64,000 bases of DNA from Eledone cirrhosa (lineage: Eukaryota): the NCBI GenBank assembly GCA_964016885.1, contig OZ024741.1:196478001-196542000 (forward strand), given 5' to 3'. Below are positions 29,247 to 41,880 of this stretch, piece by piece. The position numbers and the translations under genes were made by a program. Below the pieces are notes generated by a model, which worked only from the letters and a program-made list of their open reading frames with translations, ran no database searches and was not told where the DNA came from. Every line of letters starts with the position of its first letter. The first letter of the stretch is position 1.

Positions 29247-29314
29247 ATTTTATTATGCGCATTTCGAAAACAACATGATCCTGGGACAAAAATTGTGTTC
29301 TCATCAGATAAAAT
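29247..29314 (-). ncRNA. Type I hammerhead ribozyme downstream of, and co-oriented with, the PLE ORF
   Basis: Minus strand: AUUUUAU-CUGAUGA-GAACACAA...UUGUUUUC-GAAA-U-GCGC-A-UA^AUAAAAU, with a perfect 7-bp stem I. Confidence 0.72.
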
Positions 29315-30180
29315 AAGGTAACATGATATGAGGCCTAAAAACACTTGTCAACAGGAAAGTGCAAAACATTACATATGACAGAAAATATAATAGTAAAAAA
29401 AAGATAGGAAAATAAAAAAAGAAAAGAAGGAGAAAAATGAAAAAGAAAGTGAGGAGAGGAAAAAAGAAAGAAGGAAGAGAGAGAGACTTTTGATCAGGAA
29501 CGCTGTCAAAATGAAAACAGCTGTAGATAACGGTTAAAAAGTAAATTGATGAGGTGTATGTGCGAATATTATAGATGGTATTCAAATATTAGAGGTCTCA
29601 AATATAGAAACTGGGTATATTATTTTATATTGGGTTTAAATACTAAAACTTGGATTAAGAAGTGTAAAAATGTATTAATAAAATAAAATTAAATTAAATT
29701 AAAATAAGTATAAAAAAAAGATTTTTATAAATTAAAATAAAATAAAAAATAAAAATAGTCTATCGTTAAAATTAAAAATTTCTATTAAAAATCCATATAT
29801 GTGGGGTATACTATTTAATTATTATTTAATATCAACAAGTAAATAAAGGAAATTGCTAGAATGATTTATGAACGTAGAAAAACATATGACGTCATAGTTT
29901 GTTTACAAAATCTACGAAGGTTTGAGCGAAAATTTAAGGCTATCGAAAAAAGGTCAAAGGCTTAAAATATGCTGAGAAAACTAAATTAATACATTGTAGA
30001 ATATAATGAAATATGTGTAAAAATATATATATATATATAAAATATATATAAAAATATATATATATATATGTAAAAAGAATATATATGTAAACAAATATAT
30101 ATGTAAAAAAATCTATATGTAAAAAAATATGTGTAAAAAAAAAAAAATTAACCGTTATTCGTGGAAAAAGTTATAGGATA

Positions 30181-32120
30181 TTAGTTATATACTTTGTGAA
30201 AGGTCTTGAAGGATTTATGATTACAAAGACCAAATAAATCTGTTCTTCTATTTATTATAGAGTTGAAATTCGAGATAATGGTAAATTTTTCTACTAGACA
30301 TAAATTACAAACACTAAATATGGAAGCATTGGAGTATGGAGATGCGTTGTAGATTTTACGCCAAGAAATTTCGTAATTAATGTTTTTGTCTTTTAAGGAC
30401 CAAATAAGCTCTGAGAGTGCGGTGCTGGTCCTTTTAAGTGGATATTTAAATGAAGAAGAATGATTATAGAATCTTGCTTTAAAAGAGGTAGAAGTAGAGC
30501 CAATGTAGGTATAGGTATTGGCACTAGTTACCACTTTACATTCATATACTAGGTTTTTATCGAGACAGAAATTACTAAGAGGAAAATTAGTTCTAATAGG
30601 GCAGTTGCATTTACGATTAAGATTATTTACAGTGTTATTGGCAAGTGGCCCAGGGTTAATTATATTAGGAACTGGAGTGGTGGAATTAACTAAAGGAGGT
30701 GCTAAAGTTTCTAAATTTACATTACTATTTGATGTATTCTTCAAAGTAACGTTTGACGTCGTATTTATATTTGTGTTATTTTGCCTAGAGTTTACATTGA
30801 CGTCGGGCCTTATACTGTTATTATTATGACTCTCATGATTGGATGCATATGAGTTATTATTTAATATTTTAGAATTATGTCTTGAGATAATTTTAGAAAT
30901 GTTCGAAGTAGTGGAGTATGAGAATTTAATAGTATGCTTATTGAATATCTTGCTATATATATATATGTGAAGGAGGGAAGCTGTTATATAGAGCCCTAAA
31001 AATAATTTAGGGATATTATTCATAACGGAAAGAGAGAAGGGAGCGTTGTACCAAAGGATATTTTTATATCTAGGTCTCCTCCTTTTGTTAGTGGTATGAT
31101 TATTACTAGCTACATTACTAGAGTTACAATAGGCTCTGCCAAGATTAGTTTCCTTAGTATACCTAATTTTGTCTAGATATCCAGCCCTAGATAGCGCATT
31201 ATTATAATAATTGGCGTTAGCTTCGAAGATATCTTTGTTAGAGGATAAATTAGAAATTCTTTTTTCCACACTTCTTACTATAGCAGTTTTAACATTATTA
31301 GGGTGGTTAGATTTAAAGTTAACGTAATTTAAGTTCTCATTATCCTTATGATATGGGTAATATAGGCCGGTATCTATATTAAGGGATAAATCCAGGAAAT
31401 TTGCTAATTTATCATTATACTCGAATTCAATTTTTAAGTTAAGATGCTTAAATAGATAGAGTATATTTTTCTTAATAATATTAAAGTTTACTTTGTTACA
31501 ATTAGAGACAGTAAAAAGAGCATCATCACGATAAATTCCACCGCGCAGTTGAGGAATTTTCCGATTTAAAGAGTTCAAGATGAAAATTCCAACCAAGTCG
31601 GTCAGTTGAGCTGAATCCAACGAACCCATGGTGATGTCGAAATTGTTGGAAGTATCCGCTCTTGTCCAATATTCATTGTTAAATTCCAAGATGGTTTTCC
31701 TTGCGGTGAGAATGATGTTAATTTCTTCACTAGTGATGTCCGTGTATTTTAACGCATATGAGAGAGCCTTGTTTAGGAGTGAAGGAGAAATAGAAGAGTA
31801 ATAGCTAGCAATGTCTAATTGAATAAATTTTAGTTTGTTTTTATTAATTAGGTCATTGAACCAGTCTATTACATCGGATGAACCCAACCATAAATTTAGT
31901 TGAGATTTAAACCTAACCTGTGGGATAATTCTATCCAAGATGGATTTACTAACAACCCATAGGTCAGATTTAGAAGGGGCAATTAGTCTTACAGGCAAGT
32001 CAGTTCGAAAATTTCTTTTATGGTCCTTCAGATTAATCCTCGGGATTCTTGGGAAGAAGGGTTCTGTTTTTTTCTCAATACCGAGTTTGGTTATTATCTC
32101 ATATGCTTCTCTATTAATAT
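30181..32120 (-). mobile_element. Penelope-like element ORF (RT + C-terminal GIY-YIG endonuclease), 5' end disrupted; tentatively Hydra-like
   Basis: LDIASYY, MGSLDSAQLTDL and IYRDD RT motifs; CNC...C linker; LVYECKV...YIGST...FKARFYNH GIY-YIG; CNLC..EK...CNH. Clade assignment is not tested. Confidence 0.9.
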
Positions 32121-34616
32121 GATTCTATTAATCAAGGGTACCAAAAACTTTGGTACGCTTTCATCAGATAAAATACAAAGTGTGTTTTATAAATTTTGAC
32201 ATAGCCAAGAACATACCTTAACGGTTGAAGTTTTCCTTGGATAGTGGACTTAAAGACAGATTTTCAAAATTGTTAAGATGAGTATGCAAATGAATATGTA
32301 AATGAGGTTGAGGTATATGTTTGAAAAAAACGTTATTTTAGACGCAATGGAAAATTTAGATATGTGTTTGTATTAGTAGGAAAGAAAGAAAAGGAAGAAA
32401 AAGAAAAGAAGACCTCATATTTACGTTAATTTTGGGGAAAAAATTTACCTATATTATGTATATACTTATATGGAGAATTATGTTTGTAAGTATTTATCTT
32501 ATTACAATATTGTAATAGGTTATATGTATAAATATCTGTATATATTAATAATTGCATATGTATAGGTATTAAAGAGATATAGAAAATTTACAATTATTAG
32601 TTGTTTATAATATGAGTTATGAGGGATGTTGATTTTGTGCTTTATGTAATTAAATAGGTATTTCAAGTTATGAGATGAGAACAATTTATAGATTTGAATA
32701 TTTTGTTCAGCATTGAAAATGTTTTCATAATATTGTTAATTTAACGAAGTTACGTATATAATAAGTTTACAGGATTGAGAAAGGAAAGATAACTCCAATG
32801 TTGTTTGTTAATCGATAAATTTGAAGAGTTAGTGTGAGATTAATTATTTTAGTCGAAAGATGTGTGAATGTTTGAAAATCAAAAAAGAGGAGATACGTAA
32901 TGTGCTTATCTAAGAAACTGTCGTGAAGAGGATACATTTTTCTAATGTCAGTTAATGATTATCAATTTACATCTAAAAAAATTGTATCTTTAGAAGGTGT
33001 CATTAAAAAAATAATAATGTAAGAATTAAAAATTAAAAATAAAAATTATATACATATATATATATATACACAGAGGTATCCACAGTAAGTTGTGGGGTCT
33101 ATTCTGCATGAAGAACTCGATGTGACCCATATGTTGAAAATGTTGTAGGTTAAGATAAATCCCGGAAAACAATAAAACATAAAAAGGAAAACAGAGTCAT
33201 GATATAAGTTAAAACAATGAAATAAAAAATCAAGTCATTAGAAATATACTTCACTGCTTTACGATCGTTTCTAGGTGATGATAATACATTGTAGTTATAC
33301 TCCGTTATTGATCTATGTAAGGTTAGTTACAATATATCAGATAAAGAGAATATTTACTTACATGCATATCACCAGCTGTTTTCAAAAGCAATAATAATTT
33401 TATTCAGAATTAGTAGTATGTTAGTATCATGTCCTTATTTGGAGCTAGTTGAAGAACTAACCAATCAAATTGTTTTTTTCATATGGTGTTAAGATGAAAA
33501 GTAATACACTTTAGTTGAGGTCATGACCCTTTGAAAGGAATGGTTGAATGGTGTTAATAGTAGAATTGGCATAAAAATCTATTAGGAGGAAAGGGATTGT
33601 CAAACTGATAGTTGAATGTATCTGGTATAGTGAAGTTTAAAGGGAATGTCAAAATAAATGGTGATTAGTGCTGTATTGAGTTTTTAGGTGAATATAAATT
33701 AAGGTTATGGCTAGGAAAGATAGTATATTAAAAGATGAAAATTATAATAAGATAACGAAATACAGTAATGCGATAATATACAACATAACCAACACAATAT
33801 AGTACGGTGTGGTAAATTGCACTTAATATAATACAGCATATGATACGCTCTAAAATACTATCAAGTATGTTTATGTATAAATAATCAAACTCAGATAAAT
33901 ACATGTTGGCATAGTTAAAACACATAAATTTCATAGATTACAAAGTGCATATATCCACACTATATATAGAGAGGTACAGTTATATTGATATCCAACCAAA
34001 AATATACATACGCACAAATAGATGCAAACCTAAATACACATTTACACATGTGCACATAATCATATACACACATAACCATACATATCTGTATCTACACATA
34101 CACACCTATACCCACATATATACATATATATATATTGGCAACATGACCCTCCCAAAGTATAACAATATATATATATATATACACATACACATATATATAT
34201 ATACATATATATATATATACATACACATATATATGTGTGTGTATGTACACTGCTCATACATGTACACACACTCATATATAAACACTCATACACATATACT
34301 CACATATACACACACGCAAACACACACATATATACACACACACACACATAACTATACATATATATACATATATACACACATAAATATATATATATACACA
34401 CACATAAATATATTTCCATATCATACATAGATATATATTTACTCATGCAATTACGGGTGGTTGTGTACCTTGTTGCCTTTAGTCATTAACGCATAAACCT
34501 AAGGAAGCTAAAACATTAAAAGATAAAAAATAAGCATGAATGCATATAATTAGGGAAAAGGGGTACTAATAAATGTTACTCTATATAGAATTATAATGAG
34601 TTGCTATTTAGAATAT

Positions 34617-35410
34617 TTAATTAGGTTCATAGTATTTAAATGTTCTTCGTATACGGTGATTACAAACTATGATCAGTTCCTGCCTTTTATTTAATAAATC
34701 GTCCTTAGATTTAGTAATTTCCAAGATCTCACCTGAACATAATCTGCATTCCCTCCTGTTCCCAAGATATGGAGTTCTTTGTAGAATGGTGTTCCACGAT
34801 AACTTGAAATCTATTTTTTTCTTTTTATAATTATTTACCGCTTCAGCTAAAGATGTGGTGTTTGCTAGTTTAGTATAGTTGAAACTACTAGAGTGTACGT
34901 AAAATCTTATCTTAAATGTGTTTGATGTAGATCCTATATATGTTTTGTTGGAGTCTGTAGTAGACACAGTGCATTTATATATTACATGATTAATCAAACA
35001 GTTGCCATTTAAGGGGCAAATGCTTCTATTTCTGCAATTACAGCCATACGTAAGATGGTTGTTGGGGGTGCCTATACTATTCTCATTAATCCTTGAGCCA
35101 TTCCTATTGTAATTAATCATAGCAGGAGAATGAAGGTTGCTTTGTGGGTGGTTTGGTGCTAGAGTTGTATTGTGATTTTGTGTTCTGTTGTTTTTGTGTT
35201 GGGGATTTGGGTGGTTGTGTTTTCTAGGTTGAAGGATTGTATTATTTGCCTTTTTAAAAGGTGCAGTCCTATTTAAATTATGTTGTGGTGGTGTAGTCAT
35301 ATTATTTAAAAGTTTATAAATGTTGTAGTTGCTTATTTTTTGCTGGAGATTGCTTGATGTAGAGTATGAGAATTTAACAGTATATTTGTTAAATATTTGG
35401 TGGCATCTGT
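34617..35410 (-). mobile_element. PLE GIY-YIG endonuclease fragment
   Basis: CNCRNRSICPLNGNC...VIYKC...YIGST...FKIRF..H...CRLC..E...CNH. Confidence 0.85.
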
Positions 35411-35529
35411 GGATATATATATATTAAAATAAATTTTGTTGCTGAAAGGTAAAAGTATTACAAATATTAGAGATATTCACATTTAGAAATATTAAAATAA
35501 TTAAAATTTTTAAATTGTTAAAAAGGATA

Positions 35530-35862
35530 GGATCATTTTGAAGGTTTATAGGAATATTATAAATTAAACATGGCGATGTCTGCAAGAAGAAAGTAACTCT
35601 GTTCTGAGATTAATAGAGTTTTGACGGTTAATTATACAAAAAATTTCTTCGATACACAATTTACAGAATCTTGATAAAGCCATATTTCGGTATGCAAGTG
35701 CTTTCGAAATCGTTTTCCAAGATATTGAATAGTCTATATTCTTCCCTTTTAAGTTCCATATAAGATGTGAAAGTGAAGTAGAAGATTTTTTATCAGATCT
35801 TTTAAAAGTATGATTATGGTTATTCCAGCGTTCTTTAAATTTTGTAGAAGTGGCACCAACAT
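35530..35862 (-). mobile_element. PLE GIY-YIG C-terminal fragment
   Basis: VGATSTKFKERWNNH...CKLCIEE...NLRTELLSSCRH. Confidence 0.8.
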
Positions 35863-35894
35863 TTCTTATTGGCAATATGACTCGCCCAAAGTAT

Positions 35895-35959
<65 letters not shown>

Positions 35960-36061
35960 GATGTATATATAATGTATTTTGCAATACACTTTATGCTTAA
36001 TTAAAAGCATTTTGAAGACCGTAAGCTATTGTTTTAAAGTAGTGACAAATTCACTCACTTT

Positions 36062-36154
36062 GATCTCAGCAAACAGGGGAGATAAGCCGACCAGACTTGT
36101 TTCGCTTTGGTTGAAGCTTATCAAGGCCAACTACCCCACCTGTCCACTGAGATC
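36062..36154 (-). ncRNA. U3-A8 variant hammerhead, inverted copy 1
   Basis: Reverse complement of the plus-strand motif, with one stem III substitution (CAAGUCUGGUC). Confidence 0.62.
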
Positions 36155-36377
36155 ATTGATGTTATATTCTCATAGAAATTTAGTAAATAATCAGGAGCTG
36201 ATTATGCAGAGCGGTTGTTGGTCAGGCAGAAATTAAAAATTAGAATTGGAGCTCTGAAATAGCAATATATATATGGATGTATATATAATGTATTTTGCAA
36301 TACACTTCATGCTTAATTAAAAGCATTTTGAAGACCGTAAGCTATTGTTTTAAAGTAGTGACAAATTCACTCACTTT

Positions 36378-36465
36378 GATCTCAGCAAACAGGGGAGATA
36401 AGCCGACAAGACTTGTTTCGCTTTGGTTGAAGCTTATCAAGACCAACTACCCCACCTTTCTACTG
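36378..36465 (-). ncRNA. U3-A8 variant hammerhead, inverted copy 2 (ends at the inversion junction)
   Basis: Core intact; stem I proximal strand is GGUC rather than GGCC. Confidence 0.62.
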
Positions 36466-36700
36466 TTTGCTGAGATCAAAGTGAGTGAATTTGTCACTAC
36501 TTTAAAACAATAGCTTACGGTCTTCAAAATGCTTTTAATTAAGCATAAAGTGTATTGCAAAATACATTATATATACATCCATATATATATTGCTATTTCA
36601 GAGCTCCAATTCTAACTTTTAATTTCTGCCTGACCAACAACCGCTCTGCATAATCAGCTCCTGATTATTTACTAGATTTCTATAAGAATATAACATCAAT

Positions 36701-36793
36701 GATCTCAGTAGACAGGTGGGGTAGTTGGCCTTGATAAGCTTCAACCAAAGCGAAACAAGTCTTGTCGGCTTATCTCCCCTGTTTGCTGAGATC
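36701..36793 (+). ncRNA. Type I hammerhead with U3-A8 core, predicted cleavage after 36766
   Basis: GAUCUCAGUAGACAGGUGGGGUAGUUGGCC-UUGAUAA-GCUU(CAACCA)AAGC-GAAA-CAA(GUC)UUG-UC^GGCUUAUCUCCCCUGUUUGCUGAGAUC. Confidence 0.72.
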
Positions 36794-37016
36794 AAAGTGA
36801 GTGAATTTGTCTCTACTTTAAAACAATAACTTACGGTCTACAAAATGCTTTTAATTAAGCATAAAGTGTATTGCAAAATACATTATATATACATCCATAT
36901 ATATATTGCTATTTCAGAGCTCCAATTCTAATTTTTAATTTCTGCCTGACCAACAACCGCTCTGCATAATCAGCTCCTGATTATTTACTAGATTTCTATA
37001 AGAATATAACATCAAT

Positions 37017-37109
37017 GATCTCAGTAGACAGGTGGGGTAGTTGGCCTTGATAAGCTTCAACCAAAGCGAAACAAGTCTTGTCGGCTTATCTCCCCTGTTT
37101 GCTGAGATC
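37017..37109 (+). ncRNA. Type I hammerhead with U3-A8 core, predicted cleavage after 37082
   Basis: Same sequence as 36701-36793. Confidence 0.72.
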
Positions 37110-37332
37110 AAAGTGAGTGAATTTGTCACTACTTTAAAACAATAGCTTACGGTCTTCAAAATGCTTTTAATTAAGCATAAAGTGTATTGCAAAATACATT
37201 ATATATACATCCATATATATATTGCTATTTCAGAGCTCCAATTCTAACTTTTAATTTCTGCCTGACCAACAACCGCTCTTCATAATCAGCTCCTGATTAT
37301 TTACTAGATTTCTATAAGAATATAACATCAAT

Positions 37333-37425
37333 GATCTCAGTAGACAGGTGGGGTAGTTGGCCTTGATAAGCTTCAATCAAAGCGAAACAAGTCTTGTCGG
37401 CTTATCTCCCCTGTTTGCTGAGATC
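37333..37425 (+). ncRNA. Type I hammerhead with U3-A8 core, predicted cleavage after 37398
   Basis: Same as 36701-36793 except a C>U change in loop II. Confidence 0.72.
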
Positions 37426-37669
37426 AAAGTGAGTGAATTTGTCACTACTTTAAAACAATAGCTTACGGTTTTCAAAATGCTTTTAATTAAGCATAAAGTG
37501 TATTGCAAAATACATTATATATACATCCATATATATATTGCTATTTCAGAGCTCCAATTCTAATTTATATATATATATATACGTACAAGGACATATATAC
37601 AAACATACGCACACATATGCATACATACATATACACATACATATAAACTCACATATACGTACAATTGTA

Positions 37670-39681
37670 TAAATACCCGTTCCATCTTTCTGTGTGGGTT
37701 TTCTTGGTAGGTGGTCTGCCTCTTGCTGGCCTTGTGGGGCAGAGGTTGCTACGGTCATATGTATCTAAGGTTATATGTACCTAGATACATATGACCTTAG
37801 CAACCTCTGCCCCACAAGGCTAACAAGAGGCAGACCACCTACCATTACTTCAATGGTCAAGAAAACCCACACAGAAAGATGGAACGAGTGGACTAGAGCT
37901 ATACTGACCCCCGAAAACTATGATGAACTAAAGAAGATGATCGCACATGCGGTGGGGGCCAGTATAAAACTAACCCTTAAGGAACATATGTTCAAATTTA
38001 ATGGAAAAACATATGCCCAAGTGGAGAGGCAGCCATAAGCGTTAGCATTGCAGGTGACATAGTTAACCTATTCATGGTATGGTGGGACAATAAACTTAAA
38101 GAACAATTAGAAGACAACAATCTCTTAACCCTGATTATGTACTCCCGCTACGGTGATGATATAAACATCGTAGTAAAAACACCCCCACTAGAGAACAGTC
38201 AGGAATTAGAGAAAAATACCATGGAAAGCATCCAACAAATAGCTATTAAAGTTCCACCAGAGTATTAAAGTTACTATAGACTACCCAAGCAAACACCCCA
38301 ACCATCGATTATCTGTACTAGACACAGAGCTCTGGCTAGAAACCATTAATAACAAAAAACAAATCCTCCATTCCCATTATGCCAAACCCATACCTGATCC
38401 ACCGAAACTCAGCTGTTTCGGATCACACCAAAATCAACATATTGATTGCGGATTTAGTAAGGATGATGAGGAACGTGTCCCGCATGTGCAACCCCAAAGA
38501 ATTAGAGAGACACATACAACACTTCATCCACCGTATGCAGTTCTCTGGCTACAATCAGAGAGATAAAATCAGAGTTTCCCATTTGGTTCTGGCTCATAGA
38601 GGAGCCAGAACCAAATGGGGAAAAAATGGTAAATAATGATACAAATAGGACCTGCCCCTTGTATAGGAGCAAAGCTTGGAATAGAATAGAAAGAACTAGG
38701 AATAAGGTTAATAAAATAAACTCATGGTATGATGGCAATAAATACGAGAGTGTAATGGTCATCAATACAACCCCTTGAGGTGAACTAGCTTACAAATTTA
38801 GAAGGGCCCTAGATAAACTTAAACTAAATATTAAGATAGTGGAAAGACCAGGTACCTCCATAAAAACACTAATTAGTAATACATACCCTTTTCAAAGACC
38901 TCCCTGTATAGATAGGAAATGCATAATCTGTAAGCTATTAACTGTAAAACTAGAAACATAGTATATAGCATAAGATGTACTGAGGGAGGGACAATATAAA
39001 AATAAGAATATAATGTACATAGGTGAGACAGCTCGTAGTATAGGAGAACGATTAAATGAACACTGGCGAGAACTCCAAGATAGAAAAGACTCATCAATAC
39101 TCCACTAACATGTTAAAATAGAACATAAGGGCAAATTAGAGAACATAGAGATAAAAATAGAATCTACACACAGAAAAGACGCAATGCTTAGACAAATCAC
39201 AGAGGCAATAAACATAAATGAACTCCAACCAAAATTAAATAGAAAACATGAATGGAATAGCAACATCACAACTTATAATTAAGGACAAAATGAAAACACA
39301 CACTTAGAACAAACAACTAACTAGTAACATGTAAATAAACAAATAAAAACACACACAGACACCCGGATGTAACACATGCGCAAACTAAGCACACAACACA
39401 CACAAAAACAAGATGGCGTAGGACAGAACAAAGGAGAGGCACAAAACAAAGAAAAGAATCCCCAGTCACTGAAGAGGTCACAGAATGTGTGACGAAAGAA
39501 CTTTCACAATATATGAACAACCATCCGGTTGTGGAACCAACCAACCAACCGGAAATTTATAAAATTTATAATAAATTGAAGTGAAAGCAACTGGTGCGTG
39601 TGTTTCTTATTGGCAACATGACCCTCCCAAAGTATAACAATGTCGGTTTCAACACACGTTGTCAGATAAAGAACCTTGCCA

Positions 39682-39685
<4 letters not shown>
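37670..39685 (+). mobile_element. Degenerate PLE of a second lineage (RT + GIY-YIG), with inverted 5' segment and 3' terminal region
   Basis: FKFNGKTYAQ, SIAGDIVNLFMVWWD, YSRYGDD, DYPSKHP..RL.VLD; NIVYSIRC and YIGETARSIGERLNEH. The segment 37677-37770 is the inverted complement of about 37780-37886. Confidence 0.82.
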
Positions 39686-39722
<37 letters not shown>

Positions 39723-40104
39723 GTTTGGACAAAGCTCGTTGAGGAAGTACATTTCCCGTCCGCTGGCATCTAGAAGTCTTATATATTTTTATGTGAGCTG
39801 ATAGAGGACAGTTTAAGGATTTACAGAAACCCAAGAAGCTAGATTTACCATCTTTCTAGCGGGTCCGGGTATGCTTTTTACATTCATTTGATTTATTGAT
39901 TTATTGATTTTTTATCTGAGTGTCCTGAATCTTCCAGATCGCAATTTTTCGGTCGTATGGTTGATTATAGACTTGTTCTATGTGTGACGGTATTTTAACG
40001 ATAGTTATAGCTCTGATTTATCTAAATTATTGAGCCCTCTCCCGCTCATATCGAATTTTGTTTATCGTGAACTCGTGCGCCGATTTTTCGATACTCGATT
40101 ATTC

Positions 40105-40175
<71 letters not shown>

Positions 40176-40306
40176 TACACGCATATATATATATATATAT
40201 ATACACTTATACAGATACATACACACACATATATACACAAGTATAAAAGTAAGAATACACACACATATATACAATATAAAAACAAAAACATACACGCAGA
40301 TATATG

Positions 40307-40353
<47 letters not shown>

Positions 40354-40939
40354 GCATACATAGGCATGTGGAAACATACACACATACCTATGACAAACCA
40401 TATATAATTACACAAATATGCAAGAATACACACGCAATTATAAATAAATACATACAAAAATGTATACATACATAAACATATACTGTATTCATACATAACT
40501 ATGAATATATCCGAACAGTAGAAATAGGGTTCCCGTAAAAAAAATAATGGAATGTAAGGGTGTGTGTAGAAAGAGTATAACTAATAGGTAGAAAGAAGAA
40601 GGGATAAGGGTAGTGATAGGGTATGACAAATGATGTGTGAATAAAGTGAATATGTGAGTGTTATTGGTTGTAGATAAGGGTAAGGTTAAAAAAAGGGGGA
40701 AGAAGTGTTCAGGATCTCTAAAAAAGGTTAAGAAAGGTGGACAGAATGAAGGTGGTGGGTGTGTATGTGTTAAAAGTATGACAGAAAATGGGGGAGGGTA
40801 TAAATAAAATAAACAAGTGGGAGATAATTGTGTATAATGGTTGTGGTAAAAAGTATGTGTTTCTCAAGCGATCTGGGTAAAATGTATGTGTTCATAAAGC
40901 GATCTGGGTAGTGAGTGGAAGAGTTAATTTGTAAAAAGA

Positions 40940-41880
40940 GGAAGCTCAGGGTGGTTGAGTGTTCGTAGGTATATTATACCAGCTGGAAAGGAGATGTGAT
41001 TTCAGGTATGTCCACACCTGAATATCTCAGTTTTAGAATTGTTTACGGACCCGATCTGTACTACTGGGGTTGTACCCTTTAAGGGTAAGGAGCCCATCAT
41101 CACGGTACAATCCACCGCCGAATGCAGGAAACATATCGGTGAGTTTGGCTATTAGGAATAATCGTATAAGACCTCGAAGGGTGAGTCGGGAGCTCTTTTT
41201 ATCCATTTGGAGTTGTCGAAGAGTAAGACTGTCTTCCTGGCATGGAGGATGATGTTTCTTTCCTGGTCGGTGATGGGCACGAGTGCTTCGGCGAAGTCCA
41301 AGACAGCCGTAAGTAGCGGTAAGGTGATTGAAGCATAGTAACTTTCTATGTCAAACTGGATGAATTTAGTGTCTCATTTTTCCTCCATATTGCTGAACCA
41401 TGAGATTACTTCCTGGGTGTTGACCCATAGGCTAAGTCGGGCGTGTTGCTTAACTTTTGGTATCACGCGGTCTAGGATTTTTTTGCTGATTCTCCCTATG
41501 TCGGACTTCGTTGAGTTTATAAGCCTGATAGAAGGTTTACGGTCGAATTCGGATTTGTGGTCCTTCAGTGTGAAGTAGGGTGTCCGTGGGTCTAGGGGTT
41601 CCGTGCGGTCGGCGACCCCGAGGCTGGAGGTAATTTGTTGTCCATCTCAATTTATGTCCTCGATGCATGAGTGGTTAGCCTTTTTATAGGTGGAGTTTAG
41701 GCTGCTCCTGATCAGTGTGTGGTATCTGTCGGGGTTGACAAAGTAGAGGTTACCAGTTTTATCCGAGTGCACCATGATGTCATTGGTGTTATCATACTCT
41801 GTTAAGTTGCTACGGAGTTTTTGTAGGAATCGGTTGTGTCTGGGTTTGAATTTAATGTTCTTATATATTTTTTTAGCCTA
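40940..41880 (-). mobile_element. Degenerate PLE RT/endonuclease fragments
   Basis: Minus strand reads TLKDHKSEF, FIQFDIESYY, FGGGLYRDDGLL and NSKTEIFRCGH. Homologous to the 30181-32120 ORF. Confidence 0.78.

Larger units (their letters stand above)
35958..37566. repeat. 316-bp hammerhead-containing tandem array (about 1.6 units on -, 3.5 units on +), retrozyme-like
   Basis: Identical motifs recur at 316-nt spacing (TTGATAA at 36731, 37047, 37363; TTATCAA at 36118, 36434). Strand switch at about 36463-36465. Flanked by (TA)n on both sides. Confidence 0.93.

Noticed and set aside
30181-31998. Naiad-type or selenoprotein-encoding PLE
   Set aside because: The endonuclease is C-terminal (Naiads have it N-terminal) and the ORF has no in-frame TGA.
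35979-37192. Repeated 72-85-aa ORFs (MQYTLCLIKS...) in the 316-bp array
   Set aside because: They start at TTG, have no recognisable domain and lie antisense to the ribozyme; they are by-products of the repeat.
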